Positions 25,901 to 37,900 of a stretch of DNA of 64,000 nucleotides are shown piece by piece. The notes beneath the pieces were generated by a model, which did no database searches, was not told where the DNA came from, and was given only the letters and a program-made list of their open reading frames with translations. The first letter of the stretch is position 1. Every line of letters starts with the position of its first letter. The stretch is from Balanoglossus misakiensis (Eukaryota; Animalia; Hemichordata), in contig CM082577.2 in assembly GCA_040954595.2 (NCBI GenBank), positions 10,441,846 to 10,505,845 on the forward strand, written 5' to 3'. A program made the position numbers and the translations under genes.

Positions 25901-28900
25901 GTTTTTCTTAATTGCCGGTTATTCTTAGTGATTGGCGAGCAGTATGTGGGGAATGTCAATGGCGGCGACTAAATATAGGTCAGGTCGTATCAGCTGCTTG
26001 CTTTGAAGTGTGCTGCTGTTACACACAGACAGAAATGGAAGTGGATGTGTCCTACATCAAGTACATGTCTAGCTGTATTTGGTATCATGGCTTCCGTATC
26101 TTTAGACTTGCTCACAGGCTGTAAGGTTATGATCTGCAGTCTCTGTCGCTGGCTTTCTTTCTGTTTGACAACTTTTGTGACTTCACAGATTCGCCGATCG
26201 AAAAGAATTGACTTGCCTATATCTCTGTGACAACTGGATCACAGCTTTGAATTGCAACCGCTTATATTTAATGATCGGATTAATTTTGATGAGAAAGTAC
26301 CATCAGTACCCTTCCAGAAAAGAGCATTCTATATATTTTAATGACTGTACAATTCAACAGAAAAATTGTCCAAAACTGCATAGAAATCTGTAGATGTCCA
26401 CGGAAATTCTATAAACATCTATAGAAATTTGATAGGCTATAGAATTCAATACATTTCTATAGAATATTTTTATAAGGGATAGTGAGAAATTGTACCAAAG
26501 TTGCGAGAATTAGAATTGCATTGGTGTGTTAGCGTGCTTTTCATCGAGCCAGCATTGGCATTTATACTCCTTGTGGGAGAGAGTAGTGGAACGAATAGAA
26601 ACTCCCACCACTGTCCAGTGTGCTGGGAACGACAAGAGATGTTTGCACAGAAGCCTCGAATGATAGATTGCACGGACAACTTGAACGGTCCACCTAAGTA
26701 TGTCCAGACTGTAATGAAACAACCATTTAGGCCCGCTCAGACCCATCTTGGCCGGGAAAGGATTCCATTAAAAAATATCAAAGGATCACTGTTAGCTGCC
26801 ATGCCCTCAAGTGCAGTAATTAAGATCGCTATCTAAAATGCTAAAAGCTGAACGTGGCTGATGTCTTCGAAATACGGGAAATGCTCATTGGGATGAGTTC
26901 CGTGACCTGTCATTATGTCAGGAGAATTTACATTCGATTGGAATAATTGTAATTCTTCTTGTGGATTAGACGTAATGAGTGACGCATTGACTGACCTATC
27001 TCAAGTAGAGTGCAGCGACTGTAAATAAACATTTTATTCTCCTGTGATTTTTTTTTCAAAAACATGTTTGATATTGAAATTGGCAAAAAATAGAATGTCT
27101 AAAAGTATACATTTTGATGTGTGAGAGCTTTTACATTATTTTAAAAAAAAGATGGGCAACTTCCTATTAGTCTAAGGAAGTGCTCCCAACCTACATTTTC
27201 TGTGTTGTTTTTGTGCGTGTGCTCTTAAAAGGTATACGGTCACCTCCAATTTACGACCATATATGTCAGAAATGGCGTATTTAAGTGTTCTAAAGAACAT
27301 ATATGGTGGCGCTCTTTTTTTCGCGTATGCCACCCACTGGAAATCTGTGATTGGCTGGATCTCAATTTGCCATGGTAACTGTAGCTATGTTTGCATAGGT
27401 GACCGTATACATTTAATTTCAAAACATTTGAAAATTGGGTGTTCACTGTACATTGTACTTCCAACCATAATAAAAACAGTACCCGGTAATTCATATGTTG
27501 ACGCAGACTTCGGACACCGTTTTGAGGGTCAGAATATTTTCACATTTTAGAGAACATGGTGGTCTGTCTCAAACGTATTATGGTGATTCCTTATTACATG
27601 TACCTTTCTTTGGTGCCATCGTAAAACAAGAAATTGTACTTGGGAAAAATTATGAACCAAACAATACACAAACAGCTGCAGTAATTATCTAGCGTGTGAT
27701 TCTGATTTGCACAATTCATAATTGATCTTGTTCTACGCTGTGACATGATTTGTAGAAAGTCATAAAATGGCTGCTGGGCTCACTGCCTGTAATGAGCATA
27801 TTATCTTACTTGTAAGTCCTCACAGACACGACTAAATTGCATTTGAATTGCTTTTTTTCTTCATCTCGTCATTTTATTTTATGACATTTACATTTTTGGA
27901 TCTTCCAATTAGAGTTTCATCTAGGGTGGATTCACCCCGTGTTAATTGGTTGGAGGGGGGGGGGGGGGGGGGCAGTGCCCCTTAAAATGATGTCACTCAC
28001 ATGTTGGAGATATTACATTCCCCCTTGCCAGAGTAGAATCAACCCAAATTTTCTGGCAGAGGGGGTATACTGTAAAACGTCAATCATTTACGCATGATTA
28101 ATTAATTTTCGCATTCTTGTATTGTATTATATCGTTATCTCCAAAAAAAAAAACAAAAAAAAAATTATACATGAGATTTCATTTTTGCGTTTTTGGGCTC
28201 TCATGTAGTTCGCAAAAAAGTTTATTCACAAAATTTTCCCGTTTTACAGTATACAAGTATCCCTCCCTGTTGATGCAATCCTGGATGGAAATGCCAAGGA
28301 GTCGTAAACTCACATATTTACTCCCTCTCTCTCTCTTCCTTTGCAGGCTTGAGGATACTAGTTATGCTACTCCTAGACACGCTGCCTATGCTAGGAAATG
28401 TTCTACTGCTTTGCTTTTTCGTGTTCTTCATCTTCGGCATCATCGGCGTACAGCTGTGGGCGGGATTGTTGCGCAATAGATGTTTTATCGATATTCCAGA
28501 CAACGCTACCGCAGGACCAGGGTGAGGCAATACTTCACGTCTTTGGGTGTGGTGTCGGGGGGTGGGGGGTTAGGGGATGGGGGGGAAAGTTTTTGAGTCT
28601 GTGTCTTTGATGCTGCGGTTATTAGTGATGCAAGAATGCTGAATGATCAATAAAATCTGCCTGAACTTCCCGCTATCTACCATAAAATCTAAGTGGGCTG
28701 AGATAATTGTTCTAATTGCAGACTGAGGTACATGTAGCTAGAATGTCTTGACTGGATATGTTGTTCAGTATAGACAGGTTTCCAGATTAGACAGGGTTCG
28801 GTTTACACAGGTTTAACTCTATACAGTAAAACATGTCTACACCAAACACAATTTCCAGTCCTTTTCACATAGAGCCCCATGTTAAAAGAACCTCTATAAA

Positions 28901-31900
28901 CCAGACAATTTCTCCAGTTCCTTTGGTGTCCGGTTTAGACAGGTTTCACTGTATATGATTATGATGTATGATGTAGAGATTGTCATCATTTTAATCATTG
29001 TGTCAAAAATGATTACTATTTAGTACACATACATGTATATACTTTTGTTCTTTTGATAATTGCAACATCCGAACCGTCTACTGAGAAAATTCTTATAACC
29101 ATCTCTTTTTGTCTTAACCCCACATCACCTTCCCCCATCCTCTTCCCCCCCCCCCCTCTCAATTCCCCTCCATCCCGCAGGTACGATTTACCAGAGTATT
29201 ACAAGCCTTCGTCCGCCCTGGAACACGAGTGGATATGTAGCCTGCCCAGCGACCCCGGAATGCTGCGATGCGGCGACACCTCTCTGCCGCGCATCCCCTA
29301 CACGATAGGAAACCTCATATGCAATGAAACTGTGGAGCCTAATATGAATTATACCTTGACGGGGACAAACATCAGCTCCTGTGTCAACTGGAACTTGTAT
29401 TACACCGAATGCCGCACGAGCGATTACAATCCTTTCATGGGCGCAATCAACTTTGATAATATTTTGTATGCCTGGGTGGCCATTTTTCAGGTAAAGCACT
29501 ATAGAATTCAGAGAAAACAATAACTTCACAAAAGTAACTTCACGTCATTGCATGGTAGACTTCAAGAGTCAAAAAAAAAGATGACAATTTCTTGATTCAT
29601 TGCCAGAACACAAATTCGTATTCATTCATGATCAGACTGACGTCAACAATCCGTTGAAATCATTTCTGCTGATATCAGCTTCCATTTTTCACAGTCATCT
29701 CAGTCATTGATTTTATTCATCATCAGAAAGTTGAATATTCAATGAGCAACTCTCAACCAAACAAAATTGAATTTCACAACAATAATTAACACACATGTAT
29801 AACACACAAATCTGGAGCATGCACAATTTGGCTATACAGCAACAAATATCTTCTTGTTTCAAAAATATTCTATAAATTTCTATTTTTTCATATCTTGTAT
29901 TTATAAACACACCGTCATAAATGAAATCTCTTCAAGCTCTTTTATCTATTCAGTCACATTAATTCATTATATATTCATACAAAATTTTGCTCTGCATGTT
30001 TTCAGATTTTGTTTCTGTCACATTAAATTACTTCTTCCGTCTTCTCATCACGATCTCCATCCCCCATCTCTCTCTCTCTACATCCCTTTTTATCTCGTTC
30101 TCTCTCTCTCTCTTTTTTTTGCTCTTCTTTATCACATTTCAATTTTTCAGGTTATAAGTTTAGAAAGCTGGGTTGAAATGATGTACTACTTACAGGACAC
30201 CCACTCATTTTGGGACTGGGTTTATTTTGTTACACTTATTGTTGTAAGTACCTCTTTCTACGCGTGCCCCCCTTACCGGAGGGGGGTGGGACGCGACACA
30301 CACACAACACACACGCGTCACATCTGTTGCGTTACACCTGGCTGTCAATGTGCACCTGGCTGTTACCCGGCACTCTGCTCCTTTACTGCTAGCTACTGCT
30401 TCTTCTCTCCCTCCCGCCCGACGGTAGTTTACCGCCATTTTCAGTAATCTGCATGTTAGTGAAGTCACTGTGTAGTCTGTTTCCCGTTTTGTAGGTTATA
30501 TCCCTTGAAGGCTGGGTTAACATCATGTATTTTATGCAAGACGGCCATTCCTTTTGGACGTGGATATATTTTGTGGTTTTGATTACTGTAAGTATTCGTG
30601 GACCCCCCCTATAATATAGCTCTGTCGTGGTGAGCAGTCTTTCTATATAACCTGTCGTTTTGTGGCTTTTTTGTGTGTTTCTGTGGATGTCGACTAACAC
30701 AACATCCCCCCCTGCCCCCCAAAACCAGTTACGAACCTAATTAATCTGGTGTTGCTGTAATAACACTAACGTGTCTCGTACCTGTGCCCAGGTGGACGAT
30801 TAGCACCCACTTTAACTGTGTAGAAACACATTGCTTACGTACCCCCTACAAGGTGCCGAGTTTACTCACCGTAAAAAAAATGGATGTGTTCCGACGCACA
30901 TTGTGGACACTATGAGCCAAAATATACAATCAGTCTTTTACAAAAGCCTTGCTGTGATAATGTGTGTACTCTTCTGCCTGTTCAATTGCTGATTCCATAC
31001 TAAGATATCAATTTGAAATATGCATTTTTGTCCTACTGTGATTTGCGTTTTTGTTTGAACTTTTAATTCCATGAGCCACCCGGGTGGCATTACCGTATCT
31101 TGTCGTAGAAACGAGAAATACACCCCTGATTTTGCCGCTAATTCTCTTCCCTTCTGTTTGCAGATTGGTGCCTTTTTCATGATCAATTTATGTTTAGTTG
31201 TCATAGCGACACAATTCTCAGAGACGAAGCAGCGCGAGAGCAAACTGATGAAGGAGCAGCGTAGGCGACTGCAGAGCTCCACGAGTACTTTGACGAGTTC
31301 GTCGGAGCCCGGCGGATGCTACGACGAGATTCTGAAATACCTGGCGCACCTGGTTCGCAGGGCCCGGCGGCGGATTGGACGCTTGCTGAAGCGGGTCCAG
31401 GGGCGGCGACAGCGGAAGGTCACGCCCGCCATCTCCCTGCGCAAGAAGCGGCGGAGATCCAACAAGTCGGTGCACCTGCACCACCACCACTACCACCACC
31501 ACCACCACCACTATCACTACGGCAACGGCAGCCCCCGGGCGCCGCGGGCCAGCCCGGAGATCAGCGACATCGGCTCCTCGCCCACCCGGCCCAACCGCCT
31601 GGTGCTGCCCTCCGTCAACAACAGCCTGAACCCCAGCAGCGAGTCGCTGCACTCCATCACCTACTGCACCGAGGCGGTCTCCAAGATCGACTCGGTGCTG
31701 CCCAGGATCCCCAGTCGCCGGGCTTCCCCGCACGCCATAGTCACCACCACCGCCACCATCTCCATCCACCGCGCCTCCTCCGTAAACTACCCCACCACCA
31801 GCTCCAAGGACACTAACGAGGCGCTGGCGGTCGCCAACACGAAAGCCGACCCCAAGCTGAACAACCTCTCGGATCTGTCGCCCAATCGGCTGACAGACAG

Positions 31901-34900
31901 GCTCTTGGACTCATGCAATGGGGGAAACACAGTACTTAATAGATATGATAAGCTGCCTCCAATTGATAGGACTAGAAACAATAATCCAGAACAAGAAAAA
32001 GGTGAGTGAGAAAATATAATTCTCTGTCATTTGTTGGTAGTGTATTAAGGTGGCATTGCATGAAACCGTCGAGACTTTTTCAGAGGCCTATTTCTCATCA
32101 AAGACAACGTTAAAACCCCCATAAACCATATATATTTCGGAAGCTGAGATTTTGAACTTTTGTTTGAGTTGCAAATATTATTGATCCCCGGAAATGTTGG
32201 CGATTTTGGGTGAAAAAACCCATTTTTTGATATTATGTCATGAAATTTAAAATAGGTAAAAAAGTTGACCATGCATCATGCATCTTAATATGTCATTCGA
32301 AACTAGAGTACACGTGCAAAAAAAACGGTAATTTTGTTTTGCGTTATCTGCTTCCATTGAGGAGTAACAGCGTTTGAAAGTTAGATTTCTAGTAAAATTT
32401 GATCAAATTCACGGTGAGTTGTATTGAATCAGAGTTTATTCCCGCCAGGGACACTTTATCGACTAACAAAAATACCGTTTTGTTGGATGGGTCATACACA
32501 ATCCCCAGAATTTGAGCAAATTCGGCCAACGCAGAGCGAAGCTATTTTCGTCTGAAGTTGTCAAGAGCAGCGAAAATGCAAACTGAGAAAAACGGCTATT
32601 TGCATTGTTGACACCTATTTGTTAAGCTGTGAACTCATTCAGAAAAGTGCTATTTTGGGGTGATTATGCACCATTTCCGCCAAGACGTATTAGTCAGGGT
32701 GTGGGTCAGTATTAGGCCTACCGATTTATGTAAAAAAGTAAAATTTGGCAAAAATCACAACTTTTCATGCAATGCCACCTTAAAGATCAACGACCTAAAC
32801 GCTGATGTGGCAATCCAGGTCAATGACCTTGAAATGAAAATGTAAAGCAAATTCAACCGTTGTGATTCTTATCGTTTCTTTCTTAAAAATTGTATTTATG
32901 AGAGAATTGATGGAGAGCAGCTCTGAGTGTAGGCAGGTATCCTTCGAGTTGTGAATTTGCAATCTCTTGTTCCAAAGTGTGCAAGTAAAGCAAAGTTTCA
33001 GTGTGTGAGACCATCAAGACATACGTGTATTATGTCCACTCCACACCTAAAAAGATGTGATACTATGTGTGAATATAACAGTGGCTCTGACTCTGTGTCA
33101 GACCATCGATGGATATTGCTAATCGAATGTCAAATGCTACTCAACTTCAAACAATCAAACACACATTCTGGCATGCAAGTGTGCATGCACACTCAGACAT
33201 ACTAGGATACAGTATACACATTTTAAAAATTGTAGATTGAATGATACTGAATCCTTAATTACATCAGCTATAAGTCTGTCAATGCAACTTAGAGAGAAAA
33301 ATGTAAATTTATGAAAAAAACCTGGAGAAAAATGTAAATTCATTGCAGCCATCTTTAGTTTACCAGTATACTTAGTGTGTGCCATTTTCCATTTTCAGGA
33401 ATGTTTGATCCGTCTTGTATGTCCACAGCGACTTGGCACTCATTCAAAATATACTCTGCAACTCTAGAGTAGATGGATGTAGGGGAAGGAAAAAAAACAA
33501 GCTGATTCTAAAAACTGACTTGTGATTTGTAATTTTGCACAGTCTAATTATTGAATAGTTTTGATAGCCACTGGGGTGCTGGCGATCACGCAAAAATTCA
33601 AACTATCCTGGGACTGGGAGGGAAACAGACAAATGGATTGTGTGTCAGTTGTAGTTGTATATACACATTCATGAAAAAATTGCAACTATGGCTCTGATTG
33701 AGTGTGTGAAGGAGTGGACTGAAATTGGAAAAAGTAGTTTTGGAATTTCAAGTATTTTGTATTTAAAGATCACTGCAGAGTTGAAGGAATTTAACCTCAG
33801 TGTAGTTGAGGGCAGGTGTCGTGTGGCCATTTCATGTGATGGAAGGTGAAAATGAGAGAATTTTGGTGCTGGAAAATTAAGACGTCAAAATTAGCTGAAT
33901 TTTTCTGTAGGGAGTGAAAAGGGTCTTGACACATACTAGTTGGAAAGTTAGCATCAAAATGTCTCTTGGAAGTGAATTACAAGTTTTGACCTGGAAGAAA
34001 ATGCAAATCTAACATCAGTTGTTTTCTTCTGAAAATCAAAGTGATTATCCCTCTATTGTGTGGTATGCTGACAATGTGTAACCTTAAAGGTATACGTTCA
34101 CCTATGGAAATTTACAGTTTCCATGGCAAACTGATATCTAGCCAATCACAGATTTTCATTGGGTGGCACAAGTGAAAGAAGAGTGCCACCCTTTGTTCTT
34201 CAGATCATTCAGATATGCAATTTTTGCCATTTATGGACATACATGTATGTACCGGTAAATTGGGGATGACCATGTACATGTACCTTTAAACATATGCTAA
34301 GTTATGTATGGTGAAAAGGATGTGTCTAATTCTTACGTGTGCCACTCATTGAAAATCTGTGATTGGCTATGTTTCAGTTTCTAATGGTAGCAGTGATTAA
34401 ATTTGCATACTAGGTGACTGTGTATCTTTAACACCAAAACGCAAGATCCAGCATGTAAAAGTGAGCCTCATGCAATCTTTCATTCTCTGTTCTCTTCTTT
34501 TTTTCTGTTCCACAGAGCGCATAACTCCGGCCCACACGCCCGTGGGTCAAAGGTTATCAGCACCAGTGTTATCAACAACTCCATCACCTTGTCCGTCCCA
34601 ATACTCACATTCCCCGTGTCCGTCGGCGCACGTCGAGTCGTCGTGTCACCTGCACACGTCCAGGTACGCCGTGCGCAGCGCGTGCCCGACCCACGGCTCC
34701 TGCCAGCACTGCCTGGAGTGCATGGAAAGCCAGGAGGCGGACTACGATTGGACCGACTCCGAGTCGGACACGGAGTCGGACTCCGATTCCGACTACGACT
34801 GGGACAAGAGCATGGTGAACTTGCCCAAGCAGCCGGTCGGAATCTTCGGGAGGTTCCGGAGGTTTCTGCGGAAGATAGTGGACAGTAAATATTTCATGAG

Positions 34901-37900
34901 GGGAATTTTGCTCTCGATTTTAGTCAACACGCTTAGTATGGGGATAGAATTTCACAATCAGGTGAGTGCAGCATACATGTACCAGTACTTGAAACGTGTT
35001 TTCTGCGGCGTACATTTGAACTTGAAAATATTGTGACTCAAAATTCTTATATGAGACTATGGACTGTGATAACCATGCACTGCGACTGGATAGCATCAAA
35101 AGTGTTGATATTTGTAACATGACTTTTTCCCCCTTCTTATTTTTGCTTCCACAGCCTGAGGAACTGACACTGGTCTTGGAAATCAGTAATTTGGTATTTA
35201 CAAGTTTATTTGCATTAGAAATGGTCTTGAAGGTTTTAGCGTATGGACCACTGAATTACATTAAAAATGGGTTCAACGTGTTTGATGGACTCATAGTTAT
35301 ACTAAGGTGAGAGATTTCTCAAAATTATTGCTTTAGAGCTACCATATAGAGTGAAAGCATGCAAGAATCACAGTGACCACACAGGAACAGAGAACCTTGT
35401 TGATTGGCTTATCTCTACATACGTGTTGACTGCCAACCAATCAGCAATCAGGTTTCAACGATTCAGTCTGGTTCTGCATTCTTAACTTTTTAAAGAGAAT
35501 GTGTCATACTCTCTTGGCCACAAATATATGTGAATGGTGGACGGTTTCACAATTAACTGCTGACAACACAGTACTACCAGTTCACACTAAAATCCCTTTT
35601 CTGTTGACAATTTATAACATACATGTATTTGGTCCAGAAAACAATTTTCAGTGGTGTCCCCAGTCCCTGGATTAACAGCTGACTGTTTTCATCCAGGATT
35701 CTATCTGTGCTGTCACCCCCAGTTCCACGTCACCATTTTTCACTCAATTTTGGTATTTTGTTGGGTCAATATTAACACTCAGAAGTACATGTACATGTAT
35801 AGTACACGTGGCGCGTAATATACCAACATTACCCAGGACAGCTTTCAGGGACAGGGTATCAATCAAAACCTTAGGTCAAAACACAACAGCCATAAAACGT
35901 TTTTTATGAAAACAATATCAAAAAAAGCCAATATGCACAATGTAAACATATGTGTAGTAATTATGTTGTTATTGCATTGTTAATATGATATACCCTGTCA
36001 TCTGACCTAAAATATGTTTACTGAGCCATCCATATGTCTTAATTAATTCAAGACAATATTGTCGATTGTTTTTTTTGCGGTGCCCGTCAGGCCTGTAATT
36101 GAAACACAGGATTGTAGTCATTTGCGGTTGTGCGCTCACTCTGTGGCCGTAATTTTTGATATCAATGGATAGAAAACAAAGTTGAACTCCAGTTTCGAGG
36201 TTCATGATGACTGAAAGTGGCAACTCTGACAGCAGTGTGTCGCGGAATACTGATGAAGCCATCAGATTCAAACATTGATGTTTTATTTTTTATCCAAATG
36301 GAGTAGTGCCAGGAAGTGTATTTCCACCGCTGATCGACATGCAAGTGGCGAATCTGGACTGCAAAACGTTGTCAGAATGCGTATTATGGAGTAATGAAAG
36401 TTTAGCGATAACCTCCAAGCTCTACTTTTTTGTTCGTACTTTGTGAAAGGGTAACATGCACTTTTCGCTTAGTCGTGCTGTGTACATGTTAAAAGGCAAT
36501 ATGGTGTTGGAAATTAAAAGTACACAGCAAATACATGTACACACACATCTACAAAAAGCCCATGAACTACAACTGCAGTGCATGTACCAGAGATGACCTA
36601 AAACTTTCATCATATTTTTTCAGATACATGTACATCTGTAGATAATATACATGTATATTGTCACAAAAGCATTCATATGTGACTGAATAAGCATTGGGAA
36701 TTAAACAGATTTTCAGCTCATTTTAAATTTCCCACCATTTTCAAAAAAATTGCCACGTCTCAAGGAAGTTCAATTCATTTCCAGTCTTTTTGCGTATTTG
36801 CATGGAGGTGGCCATATTTTGAGTGCAACACCCATTTATTAGCTATCTTGTTCACATTTGCACGTCCAGTTTTGAGTACACATCCCTCTCATAGGTCTTC
36901 AGTGACGTGAACCCCTATGTTACCGTAGCACAGTCCAATCAGGCATATATTGCAGATAGGAGGGGGGATTGTACCATTCAGAAAATGGGGAACGATGTGT
37001 GGATGACCAAGAGTAAAGGTTCACTCTGATTTTATATATAATTAAATTTTCCAATATGATTTTTTATTTCTTCCAGCATTGTGGAGATTGTCCAAGATGG
37101 CACGGGAGGTCTTTCAGTACTACGAACTTTTCGTTTGCTACGAATTTTGAAGCTAGTACGCTTTATGCCTGCACTGCGGAGGCAGCTTATGGTCATGCTC
37201 AAGACTATGGACAATGTGGCAACCTTTTTTTCTCTGCTGGTCTTATTTATTTTCATATTCAGGTAAGTGTACAAATTCTGATCTGTAAATTGCTAAAATA
37301 CTCCAGTCTTTGTAAAAAATTCCCCTCACTGATCTTCACTGACAAAGTACCCCTGAACTGATTCTATAAAAGCAATCATCAAATTGTCATTCTAGCCAGA
37401 ACTTGATAACGGTAAAAATTGATATTGGACAAATTGACTGAAGACCCTGGCCTTATGTACTTCTTGTCTGTGGGGAATTAAGAGCTCGGGGCTAATTGAT
37501 TTGGGGTTGAACTTGTCTCTGATTTTAATCTGCTCTGAAGGTACTTAACGCTTTGCTGGAGACATTATGAACAATCAAAGCCTGACAGTTGCTTTTAGAG
37601 AGATGTGTTGCCCTCTGTGAAAGGGCATGTTGGCCGGTGTGTCTGTTCTCAGTCGGTTGGCCGTGCTCCAGATTTGTTCAGCTGTGGTTAGATTAGCATT
37701 AGCGTACAAAGCTGTGGAACATATTAAAAGAATAGTAAATACAGATTTCATAATTTTGGTGTCAGGAATAGACAAAAGTCACAGTTTAAATAGAATATTA
37801 CCTGATGTCTATTAAGGACACATTTTCCAGTCCCAGAGGTGTCCTTAATAGACAGGTTTCACTGTACTTTTTAAAGAAAATTGTAAAAGTGTCCATTTCG

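Noticed and set aside
31218-31816. 183-aa antisense ORF and 166-aa alternative-frame ORF
   Set aside because: Shadows of a GC3-rich coding exon, where stops are depleted in other frames; the same applies to 59998-60399 and 51395-51766.
31400-32001. Optional exon 8b-type internal donor in the I-II linker exon
   Set aside because: No convincing phase-1 GT donor found downstream of the gating brake; cannot be supported from sequence.
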